DNA of 63,358 nt from positions 1-63,358 of the IMG/VR virus record IMGVR_UViG_3300044728_000197; one strand, 5' to 3'. How positions within the stretch are numbered: position 1 is the first letter of the stretch; every line of letters begins with the position of its first letter. The notes under the pieces are model-generated. The model was not told the DNA's origin and did not search any database. It saw only the letters and a list, made by a program, of their open reading frames with translations. This document shows, piece by piece, positions 25,475 through 37,200 of this stretch. Position numbers and translations under genes: made by a program. The DNA is from a virus (Duplodnaviria; Caudoviricetes).

Positions 25475-25935
25475 TTCCACGGCCCCGGGAAGCCGGCCTT
25501 CATCCAGGCCACGACCGCCTGCCAGCCGCCGAGCACCATCGCCACCGGCACGGCAACCCATGCCGAGTCCTTCAGGAACGTCGCGACGCGGCCGATCAGC
25601 CCGGTCGTCCCCTCGATGTCCTTCCAGAGCGCGAGAGGCTTCGCGGTTCGCTCGAGCAGCTCGTCGAGCTTCGCCTCGCTCGCGTCGACCTTCGCCTCCG
25701 TCCGCGCAGTGGCCGCCGTGTTCGCTTCGAGCATCGGCGACATGACGTCGATGATGTGCGTCCGTGCCGCGACCTGGCCTTCGACCAGATGCTCGAGATG
25801 CTCTAGCACCTTCACCTCCCGCCGGCGCAGGAGGTCGGCCTTCTCGCCCTCGGTGAGCTTGTTCCAGTTGCTGTCGCGGATCTGGTCGATCGGCTCGAGC
25901 GCCGGCTGGGTGTCATCGAAGCGGCGGTTCGTCAT
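25471..25935 (-). CDS. hypothetical protein with C-terminal TM segment
   Basis: Coiled coil followed by a hydrophobic C-terminus. Confidence 0.6.
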   Translation of the reverse strand: MTNRRFDDTQPALEPIDQIRDSNWNKLTEGEKADLLRRREVKVLEHLEHLVEGQVAARTHIIDVMSPMLEANTAATARTEAKVDASEAKLDELLERTAKPLALWKDIEGTTGLIGRVATFLKDSAWVAVPVAMVLGGWQAVVAWMKAGFPGPWK

Positions 25936-25938
25936 GTC

Positions 25939-26790
25939 TCAGGCGAAGATCGTCGAGAGCGCGGCGATCTCCGCGTCGCTCTTGTCGATTTCGTAGATCG
26001 CGCAGCCGACGAGCTGCAGCGGGGCCGCGAGCGTCGCGCCGTCGTTCCGCGCCCCCATGTTCCACGTCCGCGCCGTGTAGTTCGCAGTCGGAAGCGACCC
26101 GCCGGATATATTGTTGTTCGCCGTCGTGTCCTCGACGCCGGAGACGTAGAGCCGGTTCTTCAGGGGCCCGGTCACGGCCGCCCTGTTGGCGCGAGCTGTG
26201 TGCACCGTGCCGTTGAAGTTAGCGCCGAACTCCACGCCGTAATAGTTGGCGCCCTCCGAGACGATGATCGTCGACTTCGCGGTGACGTTCCCGTTGTAGT
26301 AGACCATCTCGTTCTGCCCGCTGGTCCCGATGCTGATGCCATGCTCCAGCACGATGTAGGTGCCCGACGTGGAGCGCAGCGAGCCATTGACAAAGACCGT
26401 GAACGCGCTCGGCGTGCCGCTGGTGACGACCGAGGTCAGGCAGTCGTCGGTTCCATCCCAGCGAACGAAGGTGTCATAGACGCCGGCATTGACGATGCGG
26501 GGTTGCTTGCCAGTGGCGGTCTGCCCGAAGTCGTGCCCGAGCCCCATCTGGTCGTACCACTTGACGACGAACCCGCTGCCCGCGCCGGTGAACGCGAGGA
26601 GCGCCGTCGTGTCGAGGGCAGTCCCGACAAAACCGATGTCCTGCTCCGCGTTGTCGCTGCTCCGACGGACCCGAAGGGCGGAACCGCCATACAGCGGGTT
26701 CTCCTTCCGGACGTGATAGAGCCCCCACGCTCCCGCGTAGGAGTTCGTCACGGTGCCCAGCATCAGCAGGGCCTGGTGCGGAGCGCCCAT
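25939..26790 (-). CDS. ConA/arabinofuranosidase-B-like lectin-domain virion protein (putative receptor binding)
   Basis: YGGSALRVRRSSDNAEQDIGF...VVKWYDQ...QPRIV. Confidence 0.7.
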   Translation of the reverse strand: MGAPHQALLMLGTVTNSYAGAWGLYHVRKENPLYGGSALRVRRSSDNAEQDIGFVGTALDTTALLAFTGAGSGFVVKWYDQMGLGHDFGQTATGKQPRIVNAGVYDTFVRWDGTDDCLTSVVTSGTPSAFTVFVNGSLRSTSGTYIVLEHGISIGTSGQNEMVYYNGNVTAKSTIIVSEGANYYGVEFGANFNGTVHTARANRAAVTGPLKNRLYVSGVEDTTANNNISGGSLPTANYTARTWNMGARNDGATLAAPLQLVGCAIYEIDKSDAEIAALSTIFA

Positions 26791-27965
26791 CAGGTCAACC
26801 CGGTCCCGCTGATGATCCAGGACGTCGACGCGACCTTGATCGCCGTCGCGACGCCGTTCTGCGCGAGCGAGCGAGTTCCCGTCGTCGTCGATCCCGCGAG
26901 CGTCATCGTGTCGCTCGTGATCGCGATCGACAGGACCTGGGACGTCTGGTTAATGAACGTGATCGCGGTCCCGACCGCATAGGCGACGTTGGCATTGCTG
27001 TCGATCGTGAACGTGCGCGCGTTCGCATCGGAGGAGGGGTGCAGGATGTGCTTGCCCTGGTCCGCGAGGACGGTCGTGTAGGCCGTGCTCTGCGAGTTCT
27101 GCGGGATGTTGATGTAGCCGATCGACGCCGACGCAGGCGGAAAAGTCATCGTCGTCGAATCGGTCCCCGCGAGCGTGAGCGAGTTGCTCCATGCCAGCGT
27201 CTTTCCGGCCGTGCCGGTGAGAGTCGCGGTCCCCGCGGTCCAGGTGTTCCCGTTGTACGTCTTGTTTGTGAACGCCTGCGAGCCGGCGAGGTTCGCGAGC
27301 GTGTCGGTCGCTGCGGGGATCGTGACCGTCACAGTCCCGAGAGCGCCGGTCGGCGGCTGCACGGTGATCGTTCCGCTCGTCGCGTTCGCGAGGACGACCT
27401 TGCCGACAGAGGCGCCTGCGACGCCGAGATTCAGCGCCGAGGTGCCGTCCGTCGTGACTCCCGCAGCGACCTTCGTGTCGGCTGTTCCAGCACCGAGGAC
27501 GACGGCATTCGCGGTGAGGCTGCCGCCCGTATGCGTGACCGTTCCGCTGCCTCCTCCTCCGACGCCTCCTCCGCCGCCAACGCCGCCCGGGCCGGCGCGG
27601 TGATCCTCGACGCCGCCATCGAGAACCTGAAGCGTGCCGGTCTCGATCTTGTAGACCCGGACGTAGTTCGCGTCGTCGTTCCAGTTCGTCGTCGAGACGC
27701 TCATGCTGGGCTCGCCAGTGGCGATCTCGACGACCATGTAGTTCTCGTCGCTCGCCGTCAGCGCGAGGGTGCCGCCTGCGATAGAGAATCCGCCCCAAAG
27801 GACATCGGCACCCGCGCCGCCAGCATCGTCGCTTCCGTAGTAGCCCCAGACGAGTCCCGCGGTCGTGTCTGGGTTCTTGCCGTAGACCGCTACGTGCTGG
27901 ACCGTCTCGGAGTTCTCGTTGATGACGACCTCTGGGTAGGTCTGGCCGATTTCGAGTTGCTGCAT
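26790..27965 (-). CDS. tail fiber protein
   Basis: G/T/S-rich; C-terminal YTTVLADQGKHI...AYAVGTAITFIN...WIISGTGLT. Confidence 0.8.
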   Translation of the reverse strand: MQQLEIGQTYPEVVINENSETVQHVAVYGKNPDTTAGLVWGYYGSDDAGGAGADVLWGGFSIAGGTLALTASDENYMVVEIATGEPSMSVSTTNWNDDANYVRVYKIETGTLQVLDGGVEDHRAGPGGVGGGGGVGGGGSGTVTHTGGSLTANAVVLGAGTADTKVAAGVTTDGTSALNLGVAGASVGKVVLANATSGTITVQPPTGALGTVTVTIPAATDTLANLAGSQAFTNKTYNGNTWTAGTATLTGTAGKTLAWSNSLTLAGTDSTTMTFPPASASIGYINIPQNSQSTAYTTVLADQGKHILHPSSDANARTFTIDSNANVAYAVGTAITFINQTSQVLSIAITSDTMTLAGSTTTGTRSLAQNGVATAIKVASTSWIISGTGLT

Positions 27966-27968
27966 GGT

Positions 27969-30900
27969 TCAGGCTGCCGATTGAGTGACCACGGCCGTCG
28001 CGGTCACGGTGCTGGAAACGACTGTCGCTGCCGTCGTGAACGGCACGTTGGCGACGGCGCCGGTGATGGTGATGACGGCCCCGGTGTTGCTCGCGATGTA
28101 GGCGCCGGCGGCATCGACGACCGGGGCCAGGCCGGCGGCGACGAGCGTCATCGTCGTATCCCCGCCGCCCGCCGTGTAGTCGTAGTTCACCCCGCCGAGC
28201 GTCAGGCGATAGATCCGTCCGGTCGCGGGCGTGCCTGCCAACGTCGCGGTGCTGATCTGGGCCCGCGCGACAGGGACAGCTGCCACGCCGACGCCGCGCC
28301 GGCCGACGCTGCCGATCGCGTTCGGGTCGGTGGAGGACGTCTCGACTGTCCAGTTCGGATCTGTCAGCGGTGAGAAGAAGGTGCTCGAGACGCCAGCAGG
28401 ATCCGCAGCGATATCGACGTCGTAGGCCGCGCGGTCGCCGCGCGAGACGAGCAGCCCGAGGAAGCCGCTGTGGATGTCGGGCATGAAGACCGACGGATTC
28501 GTCGAGCCGCTGGCATCGTTCGCGACCGAGTAGGTCAGCGTCATCCCGTCCGACTCGCGTATAGCTCGGACCGTGTAGACGTGCCCGATCCCGCTGGCGA
28601 CGCCGCCCGTGAAGTTCCAGCCGAAATTGAATTCCTCGCGATGCCCGGCAGTGACCGGAGCGGCGGTCTGCGTCGTCGCGAGCGTGATCGTGTTGTCGCC
28701 GGCGCTCTGCCCTGCCGTCACGGGCTCGCTGACGCTGTCCGGCCCGGTGACAGTGATGACCGGCCCCACCGCGGCCGCAACGTAGTCGGCGTCGGCGTCG
28801 ATCAGGGTCGCCAGGCTGGTCGCGATGCCGGAGAGCGTCGCATCTGGGACCGTGCTCGTGTAGTCGAAGCGCGTCGAGCCGATGGCGACGAAGAGCGTCG
28901 CCCCGCTCGCGTAGGTGCCGCCGATCGTGATCGTCTCGATCTGCGGCAGCGGTGCCCGGCGTCCGTCCGCTCCGACCGTGGCGACGTAGCCCCGGCCGAC
29001 GATGGCGCTCATCTGGTAGACGCTGAAGGTCAGCGCGGTCGCGCTGTCGACGCCGTCAGAGGCCTGCATCGCCTGGGTATAGGTCCACTCGGGGGAGGAG
29101 ACCGAAGCAGTACGGAGAACCGTCGCGCCGTCGAGCACGTCGACCTCGTAGGACTCGACAGCCTCGCCCAGGGGGACGACGGAGCCGCCCGAGCCGAGGA
29201 AGCGGGACGACAGGCGCGAGCGGCGATCCCATGAGAGCGCGACGTCCTGCGGCCCCGATGGGAGGGCTCGGAGGTTGACGACGGCGAATGGCTTCAGCGC
29301 GACGCCGGTATCCGTGAAGGGCGCGCCGTCGACGCTCGCGCGGCTCTTGCCGTGCGTGACCGCCTTGTAGTAGGCCGGCGTCCCGATCTCTGCTGCGTTC
29401 TCCGGGACCTTGCGGATGCCGCTGCTCAGCTTCAGGAGGACGACCCGGTCGCCGACGGCATGCTCGCCCATCGCCCACTCGGTTCCCCTGAGCCCTCGAA
29501 TGAAGCCGGTCAGGGTATAGACGCCCTCGCTGACGTAGGCAGCGTCCCGGAACTGGACGATCTCGCTGCCGATCAGCAGGGCGTTCGTCGTGCCCGCAAG
29601 CAGGGTATCGCGCGTGGAGCTGCTGAGGATCCCGTCTCCGACGTCGACCTCGACCGAGGAGACCTCGTCGAAGACGACCCCGCCAGTGAAGTCCGCCAGC
29701 ACCGTCGTCGCCTCGCCGCGCGTGGCGCGGTCGCCGACGTCGAAGAGCTTCGCGTAGGTGATGTCGTCCGCCGACTTGTCGAACTCCGCCCCTGGCCAGA
29801 CCTCGCTCGTCGCGCTGAAGGCGGCATAGGGGCCCGGCGCGTTGTCCGCGTCGCGGAGGATCGGGATGTCGAGCATCTCGTATTCGGTCGTCGCCGTCAG
29901 CCGGATCAGCGTGCTCGACGAATAGTCCTCGTCCGTCTCGGCGGCTGAGTTGACTACCGTCGCGTCGTCGAGGACGAGCTCGAAGCGGTTCAGGCCCGCC
30001 CCAATCGTGCCCTTGACGATCCGCGTCCGGAACGTGTCGCCCTGGTCGTCCGTCACGGTGATCACGTCGGTCGGCTCCAGGCGCGCGTATTTGCGCGTCA
30101 GGGCGATCGGCCCGATCTGGAGCAGGCCGACAGCTGCGTCGAGCGTGTTCGAGTCTGCGACCTTGGCCGCTTCGGAGGGCGTCCCGCCGATGGCGAACTC
30201 GATCACCGCCTCCGCCGTGCTCTCGGTCACGAGCCGATCCGCGCGCTCGAGCCCGTCCTGGTAGTCGTTCAGGATGTTGGCGAACTTCACGCTGAAGCGC
30301 GCCGGGCTCTCGATGTCGTTCCGGCGCAGCATCGGCAGCGGCTCGTCGCTGCCGCTCGGGCTGGCCGCGAGATCCTCGTAGGGAATGGTCGCGACCGAAG
30401 AACCTCCTCGCAGGACGAACCGGATCACGGGGCCCTCGACCGCCTCGAAGAGATACCAGCCCATCAGGATCTCGAGCGCAGCCCTGGTCGTGCTGACCTG
30501 CGTCACCGCGAAGCCATGCACGACGATTCCCTCGAGGTCGGTGACGTCGATGTCGTCGTCGGTCAGCAGTCCGGTCCTCAGGCAGAGGCGCCGGACGACC
30601 TGGTCGAGCATCACGTCATCGGCCTCGGCTCCAAACGATCCGCGCCAGACGTCGTGCGGATCAGCGCCGCTCCCGGCCAGCGTGTAGAAGACGCCGTCGA
30701 CGACGCCGTGGCTCGAATAGAAGGAATTGATCGCGATCTTCCCGATCCCGGTCGCTCCTCCTGCTCCGGCCGAGTAGAGCTCAAAGGTCGACCCGACCAG
30801 CTTGCGGATCTCACCGCCGGTATTGGTCGACGAGTTCCCTATCGCGTAGACCGTCCCGTCGACAGCGTCGACCAGGATGCGGCCTTTGTCGACCGTGAAC

Positions 30901-32189
30901 GCCGGGATGACGATCGTCCTCAGCCTTACCCCGGTGGCGACATCGAACTCGAAGACCTCCGCCGGGCTGATCCCCTTGCTGATCGCGTAGAGCTTCGTCG
31001 AGTCGAGCGAGATCGCGATATCCCACATGGCGACGCCGACGTCTTCGGTGTCGCGCAGGTGAAGCGTCGAGTTGAAGTCGAAGATCCGGAGCGTCTTGTC
31101 CTGCGTCTCGACGACGTCGTAGGGGATATGCAGCGCGTAGACGAACAGGCTGCCGCGCTTGGCGAAGATCGGGGTGCTGTTCGCCTCTGTCGCGTTCCCC
31201 GTTCGCTCGAAATCTCGAAAGACCCCGTCCTGCGTGCTGTATCGCAGCGCCTCCTCGTCGCTGATGTCCGGCGTGTCGAGGAGCGCGTAGACATAGCAGG
31301 GCTCGTCGCTCTGGCCGCGGATCGAGTTGTGCGTGGTCCCGAGATAGGTCTGGCCGACGTGGGTCGTCGCGATGACCAGGGGGGCGACGCCGGGGTCGAC
31401 GCGCCACCAGAGGACCTCGTCGGTCAGGTAGTAGGCGGTGTCCCACTGCCCGACCGGGACCGTGTAGCCCTCTGCGGTAAATGCCGGCGTTCCGTTGATG
31501 ATGCCGTCCCCATCGGCGATCTCGGCGTCCTGCGTGACGACGAGGTCCTGGCTCGCCTCGCTCGCGACCTCGAAGGTAAACACCGGCAGCTGGCCGCTCT
31601 GCCCGAGGTTCGCGCCCTCGATGAAGATCATCGTCCGGTCGAGATACGCAGGCGCATTGCCCACTCCCACTGCGGCCTCGTAGACCGGGTCGGGCATCTG
31701 GTCCTCGTTCCCGTCGTAGAAGCGGATGTCGCGCCAGGCGTTCGTCGTCGCGCTGGCCGCTACTGTTTCCGCGTCCGCATCGGTTCGATTCGACCAGACC
31801 AGCCTCCCGTTCGACCAGACGCGCAAAAGCGCTTGGCAGCGATTGGTCGAGATGGCGATCAGCAGATCCATCTCGTAGGTGAAGAACGTGTTGTCGACGC
31901 CCGGCCCGCCCTTGCCCCCTTCCGACGAGGTGTTCTCGACCGCCCGCTTCTCGCTCGTCCAGGCGTAGACGCCCGCGACTCGCATCGCGCCCTCTAAGTA
32001 GAGGATCGGCGCCCCCAGGCTTGCAGCAGGCGCCTTCAGGTCGGTCAGCTTCGGGCCGACGATCTTTTTATTCGGATCGAGGAACCCAGTCGCGCCATAA
32101 ACGACAGCGAAGGTCTGGAGCCCGGCCGTCGGGCCGAGGAAGTAGCCGACCGCAACGGCGGCGACCGCAGAAACGACGAGGCGAGCCAT
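27969..32189 (-). CDS. central tail-tip/host-specificity protein (GTA-like megatron type)
   Basis: 1406 aa after the NlpC gene; PAYLDRT, LEPTDVI, GSEIVQF...RGLRGTE. Confidence 0.85.
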   Translation of the reverse strand: MARLVVSAVAAVAVGYFLGPTAGLQTFAVVYGATGFLDPNKKIVGPKLTDLKAPAASLGAPILYLEGAMRVAGVYAWTSEKRAVENTSSEGGKGGPGVDNTFFTYEMDLLIAISTNRCQALLRVWSNGRLVWSNRTDADAETVAASATTNAWRDIRFYDGNEDQMPDPVYEAAVGVGNAPAYLDRTMIFIEGANLGQSGQLPVFTFEVASEASQDLVVTQDAEIADGDGIINGTPAFTAEGYTVPVGQWDTAYYLTDEVLWWRVDPGVAPLVIATTHVGQTYLGTTHNSIRGQSDEPCYVYALLDTPDISDEEALRYSTQDGVFRDFERTGNATEANSTPIFAKRGSLFVYALHIPYDVVETQDKTLRIFDFNSTLHLRDTEDVGVAMWDIAISLDSTKLYAISKGISPAEVFEFDVATGVRLRTIVIPAFTVDKGRILVDAVDGTVYAIGNSSTNTGGEIRKLVGSTFELYSAGAGGATGIGKIAINSFYSSHGVVDGVFYTLAGSGADPHDVWRGSFGAEADDVMLDQVVRRLCLRTGLLTDDDIDVTDLEGIVVHGFAVTQVSTTRAALEILMGWYLFEAVEGPVIRFVLRGGSSVATIPYEDLAASPSGSDEPLPMLRRNDIESPARFSVKFANILNDYQDGLERADRLVTESTAEAVIEFAIGGTPSEAAKVADSNTLDAAVGLLQIGPIALTRKYARLEPTDVITVTDDQGDTFRTRIVKGTIGAGLNRFELVLDDATVVNSAAETDEDYSSSTLIRLTATTEYEMLDIPILRDADNAPGPYAAFSATSEVWPGAEFDKSADDITYAKLFDVGDRATRGEATTVLADFTGGVVFDEVSSVEVDVGDGILSSSTRDTLLAGTTNALLIGSEIVQFRDAAYVSEGVYTLTGFIRGLRGTEWAMGEHAVGDRVVLLKLSSGIRKVPENAAEIGTPAYYKAVTHGKSRASVDGAPFTDTGVALKPFAVVNLRALPSGPQDVALSWDRRSRLSSRFLGSGGSVVPLGEAVESYEVDVLDGATVLRTASVSSPEWTYTQAMQASDGVDSATALTFSVYQMSAIVGRGYVATVGADGRRAPLPQIETITIGGTYASGATLFVAIGSTRFDYTSTVPDATLSGIATSLATLIDADADYVAAAVGPVITVTGPDSVSEPVTAGQSAGDNTITLATTQTAAPVTAGHREEFNFGWNFTGGVASGIGHVYTVRAIRESDGMTLTYSVANDASGSTNPSVFMPDIHSGFLGLLVSRGDRAAYDVDIAADPAGVSSTFFSPLTDPNWTVETSSTDPNAIGSVGRRGVGVAAVPVARAQISTATLAGTPATGRIYRLTLGGVNYDYTAGGGDTTMTLVAAGLAPVVDAAGAYIASNTGAVITITGAVANVPFTTAATVVSSTVTATAVVTQSAA

Positions 32190-32699
32190 CTAGCGGACGC
32201 CCCTCAGCGCATACGCCGCGACAGGGCGCCAGTTCCTGCGCGGGCGCGCGATGTTCCACTCGACGACCCGTCCTCCGCCAGGGGCTGTCGAAAGCGCCTG
32301 GATGACCGTCAGCCCGCCCTCCATGTGATCGCCGACGATGCCCATGTGCTGCGGGCCCAGCCGGGGATCGAACTCATAGACGAGCACGTTCCCAGGGCGG
32401 AGGAGGTGCAGCGCGATCCGATCCATGAAGCGGTCGCAGTTCGCGAGCATCGTCTTCCCGTCAGGCGTTGCCGCGTAGCCGTTGACGTCGAACGTCAGCG
32501 CGACTAGAGCGAGGTTCCTGGCGACGCCGATCACCAGCCCGACGCAGTCGACCCCGTAGCCCTTCGCCCGATGCTGGTGGCGATAGGGCGTGTCGAGCCA
32601 CTCGCGCGCCTCTGCGACGACGTCGTACCGCGTCACGATGCCCTCGATCCCGGGCGCCGAGTCCAGCGGAGCGAACGTGGGTAAATCACCGGACGTCAT
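32190..32699 (-). CDS. NlpC/P60 tail-associated peptidase
   Basis: AREWLDTPYRHQ...GVDCVGL...HMGI. Confidence 0.88.
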   Translation of the reverse strand: MTSGDLPTFAPLDSAPGIEGIVTRYDVVAEAREWLDTPYRHQHRAKGYGVDCVGLVIGVARNLALVALTFDVNGYAATPDGKTMLANCDRFMDRIALHLLRPGNVLVYEFDPRLGPQHMGIVGDHMEGGLTVIQALSTAPGGGRVVEWNIARPRRNWRPVAAYALRGVR

Positions 32700-33604
32700 C
32701 CCTCGGTGGCGACCGGGTCGGCCGTCAGGATGTCGATCCCTCCCATGTGCGCCTCGCCGCGGAAGCGGCGCACGTTGTCGAACTTCGCCTTGCAGTCCTC
32801 CATCAGGCGCTTGCGGCAGCCGGCCTCGAGGAGGAAGGTGTCGCTGACGAGAACCACGAACGGGAACTCCATCGCAAGCGTCACGACTCCCGCCGAGAAG
32901 CTCTTGATCTTTCGGGCGTAGCCGGCGTTGTCGCCGTCGATGGCATACGCGATTCCCTCGCCGTAGAAGTCGTCCGGATCCCCTGCAGCGGAGGAGAACG
33001 CGAGGACGTGGCGCGAGGTGACCGTCGTCACAGGAGCCGTCCTCTGCCAGAGGGGAGGGCTTCCCGCGCTGAGATCGATCCCGCAGCGCGCGTCGCCGAG
33101 GCGGTTCCGGCAGGTCTTGCTCGCGACCTCCCCGACCATCTGCTGCAGCGCCTGCTTCAGGCCGCGAAGCTCGAACTTGCGCGCCGTGCGGACGGTCGAG
33201 GCTTCGCCGGCCGTGCCGCGCTTGAGGAGATTCACGATGCCATCGATCGCCCCCTCTCCGACCGGGCTGCCTGATGCGATGGCGGCGTCGGTGTAGTCGC
33301 ACTCGAAGAGCCAGAAGCGGGCCCCATCCCAGCGGCCCGAGATGATGTCGACCTGAGGGTATGAAACCTCATCCGGCAGGACCGGCAGCTCCATGTTGTC
33401 GACCGCGAGGTTCGCCTGCACCGCGAGGCTCGTGACGTCGAGGCCCGTCGCCGCGAGATAGAGCTCGCCGCCGACCGTCACGTCATGGTCGGCCGACGTA
33501 AATCGAACGACGATGTCGTCGGTCCGATGGACGCGCAGGCAGTTGCAGAGCGTCGTCGAGCCGCTGGCGTAGGCCGCCGTCAGTGCGGCCGAGAACGTCT
33601 TCAC
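32696..33604 (-). CDS. DUF2163/BR0599-family tail hub protein
   Basis: GTG start; CRNRLGDARCG...GCRK...CKAKFDNVRRFRG. Confidence 0.88.
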   Translation of the reverse strand: MKTFSAALTAAYASGSTTLCNCLRVHRTDDIVVRFTSADHDVTVGGELYLAATGLDVTSLAVQANLAVDNMELPVLPDEVSYPQVDIISGRWDGARFWLFECDYTDAAIASGSPVGEGAIDGIVNLLKRGTAGEASTVRTARKFELRGLKQALQQMVGEVASKTCRNRLGDARCGIDLSAGSPPLWQRTAPVTTVTSRHVLAFSSAAGDPDDFYGEGIAYAIDGDNAGYARKIKSFSAGVVTLAMEFPFVVLVSDTFLLEAGCRKRLMEDCKAKFDNVRRFRGEAHMGGIDILTADPVATEG

Positions 33605-34215
33605 TCGCGGATCTCCTCGACCTGGGCAGTCGGCCAGCGGATCAGCAGCTGCCCATCGGGCCGCTTGTTCTCGATGACGACCTCCATGAAGTCGGTCGTG
33701 AATGCGACCGGGATGTCGAACTCGCCGGTCCATGTGTAGGTGTCGGTCAGCGGAGCGTGCCCGCTGATCGCCGTCACCTGCCCTGTCGAGTAGTCGACCG
33801 TCGGCGTGATCGTGGTGATCGTGCCGCTGCGGTTGCGCTTTATGACGATCGTCTGCCGGGGGCGCGTGATCTTGCGGAGGAAGGTCCGCGAGCCCCGCAC
33901 ATATGCGCGATAGGTCTGCCAGGTCGATCCGCTGACGAAGTTCAGGGGCTGCGAGTTGGCCTCGAAGTCGAGGTGGTCCTTGAACCTGAAGCCGTCAGCC
34001 TGGCCCGCGACGTTGTAGAAGAACGCGCGGATCGTCTCGAAGTCCTCCTGCGTCTTGATCCCGTGCGAGATGTCCCAGACGTGCAGCGGGTATGTCCAGT
34101 TCCGATTCGCGAAGCGCTGCCCGCCCTGCGTCCGGTTGACCTCGGTCGAGAACTTCGGCCCGCCCTTCGCGCCGAAGGAGTAGCAGTCGGGGAGGCGGTT
34201 GTCGAAGAGTGCCAT
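33601..34215 (-). CDS. DUF2460-family distal tail protein
   Basis: GGPKFSTEV...GFRFKDHLDF...GEFDIPVAF. Confidence 0.88.
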   Translation of the reverse strand: MALFDNRLPDCYSFGAKGGPKFSTEVNRTQGGQRFANRNWTYPLHVWDISHGIKTQEDFETIRAFFYNVAGQADGFRFKDHLDFEANSQPLNFVSGSTWQTYRAYVRGSRTFLRKITRPRQTIVIKRNRSGTITTITPTVDYSTGQVTAISGHAPLTDTYTWTGEFDIPVAFTTDFMEVVIENKRPDGQLLIRWPTAQVEEIRE

Positions 34216-37200
34216 CAGCTGTTCCTCGCCATCGACTGCTGAATGCCGAGGCCGATCGCGGCCCCCTGCTGGATCGCCGAGTCGCGGCTCTGGTTCGGCG
34301 CGCCCTGCACGGTGACGTAGTTGTTGTGGATGACCGGCGCCGCGCCGCCGCCGGCCGGCTGGATCGTCTGCCCGGTCCTGCCGCCGAAGGCGAGCTCGGG
34401 GCCGTTCTCGCCGACGACGCCCCACTGGCCGGGCATGATCTGGCCACCGCCTGCGAAGAAGCCAGCGAAGCTCGACAGCAGATCAGCCCAATCGACCTCC
34501 CCGGCAGCATCGGCAACGCCGGACACCGCAGACGAGAACAGGTCGCTCTGCGCGAGCTGGCTGAAGAGCGAGCCGAGCAGCGACGTTTCGTCGCCGAGCC
34601 CGTCGAAGGCGTCGGTGGTCTGCGTCACTGCCGCCGTCTGCGCGGCCGTTGCGGTGGTGAACTCTCCAGCGACGTCCATGTAGCGCCGGAAATAGTCGTT
34701 AAGGGCGGCGTCGATGCCGTCGTCCGCCGGCGCCGGCGCCAGGAGCTTGCTCGTGTCGGGCAAGAGCGAAGAGGCAGAGGCCTGCGTGGCGAGCGACGAG
34801 AGCGCAGTGGCTGCCGCCGTCGCCGCGGTCGTGAGGCCGGTCATCGCCCCCGTCGTGGACGCGATCGACGCCGTTTCGGAAGCCTTCGCCCCACTCGACG
34901 AGAACACCTTCGTTAGTTCGTCAATCGCGCTCTGCGTCGGCATTCCACCGGATTCGCCAAGATCGCCGCCGCTGCTACCGCCGAAGGCGCCCTTGATGGC
35001 CGCCACCAGGCCGCCGCTTGAGCCGCTGTTCTTGAAGAGGTCGGAAAGGGCTTTGCCGATGCCGCCTGAGCCGCCGAAGATTTCCTCCGTCAGGCTCTTC
35101 GTGCCCATGCGGAGGATGTCCTTCAGGACGGAGTCGGCGAAGGACTTGAACGCATCCGAGGCGCTCTTCGTGCCGGTGACGAAGTCATCGAGCGCGGAGT
35201 TCAGGTCGTCGCCGAAGACCTTGTTCAGCGACTCCGCCAGAGGATCGGCCGAGGCCTTCAACTGGTCGAGCGCGATACGCGACCGCTCGGCCCTGCGGAC
35301 AAGGTCGTCAGCGCCGAGCGTGCCCCGGGCCTTCTCGATCGCCGCGAGCGCCTCCTCGGCCGCGACCTGGCGTTCGAGGACGGCGATCTGCTGGCGCCGC
35401 GCATCGCCGACGCGGGCCAGGGCCTCGATGCTCGTCAGCGCGCCGGCCTGCCGCGCGATCGCGATCCGGTCCTCCTGGTTCGCGAGGTCCTGGAGAGTCC
35501 GGCTGCTCTCGAGCGTCGCCTTCTGGAAGGCCGCCTGCGCGATCGTTGCCGCGCGCAGGGCGTCGCTGTTGCGGAGGGCCTGGGCGGCATTGGCCGCGAC
35601 CTGCGGGTCGGGGGAATTGACGTTGGCGCTGAACGTCCGGCGCTGCTCGAAGTTCTGGAGATCGAACCGCGCCGCGGCAGCGGCCGCGAAGTTCTCCTGT
35701 AGCTCCAGGACCTGGGCGTTGACGCCCTTGAACGAATCCGCAAGCGCCTTCACGTCGCGGGCGTTCTGCTGGAGGACGAGCTGCTCCTCCTGACCCGCCC
35801 TGACGATGGCCCGGGTCTTCGCCTCCTGCGCTTCCCTGACCCGGTTCAGCGCGTCGATCTGGCTCGCCTTGTTCGTGGTCCGGCGCGCGAACTCCTCCTC
35901 GGCCGCGATGATCTTGTCCTGCTCCTGCAGCTGCGCCCGCAGCGCGGCGTCGCGGATGTTCTTCTGGTCGCCGAAGAACGTCGCCAGCGCGATCAGGCCG
36001 TCCTGATACTCGCCCTTCAGGAACTCGTTCGCGAAGGCGAGCGCGTCCTTCTGCTGGTCGGCAAAGGCGCGGATCTGGCGCAGCTGGCCGTCGAGGATCT
36101 TCTTCAGCGCCGCCTCTGCCTCGGCCGCCTGGGATGCATCGGGAATGCCGGGGATGCGGGCTGTCTTCTTCGGAGCTGCTGGCGTCGCGCCGCCCTCGGT
36201 GATGTGCTTGACGAAGTCGTCGTAGCTCTTCTGCGCCGAGGCGACCCGGGCCTTCGTGTCCTCGTCGACCTTGGCGAACTGCGCCCCGATGGAGGAATCG
36301 AGGACGGCGCTCGAGCCGAAGATATCGAACCCACGGGTCCGCTCGCGCGCCTTGCTGGCCGCCTCGCCGAGGATCTCGCCCTTAGCGATCAGCCCGCTGA
36401 GGCGCGCCCCGATCGCCTCTAGCGAGTTGACGACGAACGACGCCGTCGACGCGATGCCGACGAGCGCGTCCTTGATCCCGGAGGCGACGCCGCGGAATCC
36501 GTCGCCCTTCTCCTTCGCATTCAGGAACGCCTGCGCGATGCCAGTCAGCGGCGTCAGCAGCTCGGCCGCCAGCGAGCGCCCGAACGACTCGGTCAGGAGC
36601 CGGATCTTACCGAGCTCGTCGTTGAACTTGTCGGCCTTCTCTGCCGTGTCGGTCGTAACGCCGCCGAAGCGCTGGTAATAGGCAATGTTGGCGAGGAGGG
36701 CCTGCCCGCCGTCCTCGAGCAGGGGGACGAGTTCCTTGTATTGCTTGCCCAGCGCTCCAGCGGCGGCCCTGAACTTCTCCGGAGACGCGGCGGCCTTCTC
36801 GAAGGTGTTCGCCATCTGGACGAGGGCCTTGTCGACCTCCGTCGTCCTGCCGGTCAGAGGATCGACCGCCTGGACGCCGAGCGCCTTCAGCGCGTCGGAC
36901 GCCTCCTTGCTTCCTGAGGCTGCCTTGGCGAGCGTGAGGTTCAGCTTTCCGATCGCGTCCGATGCGCCGTCCAGGCTGCTCCCGGCCTGCGAGGCGGCGA
37001 AGCCGATCCCGCCGAGCGTCTCGACCGCGACACCGGTCCGCTTCGAGAGGTCGTTCAGGTGATCGGCCGCATCGATCGCTCCCTTCACGATGCCGACGAA
37101 TTGCCCAGGAATCGCCGCGAGGCCGCGGACGAAGTCCTGCGCGAAGCCCGCCGCGAAGTTGCCGGCGAACGACGCCTTGAAGCGCTGCGAGAACTGCTCC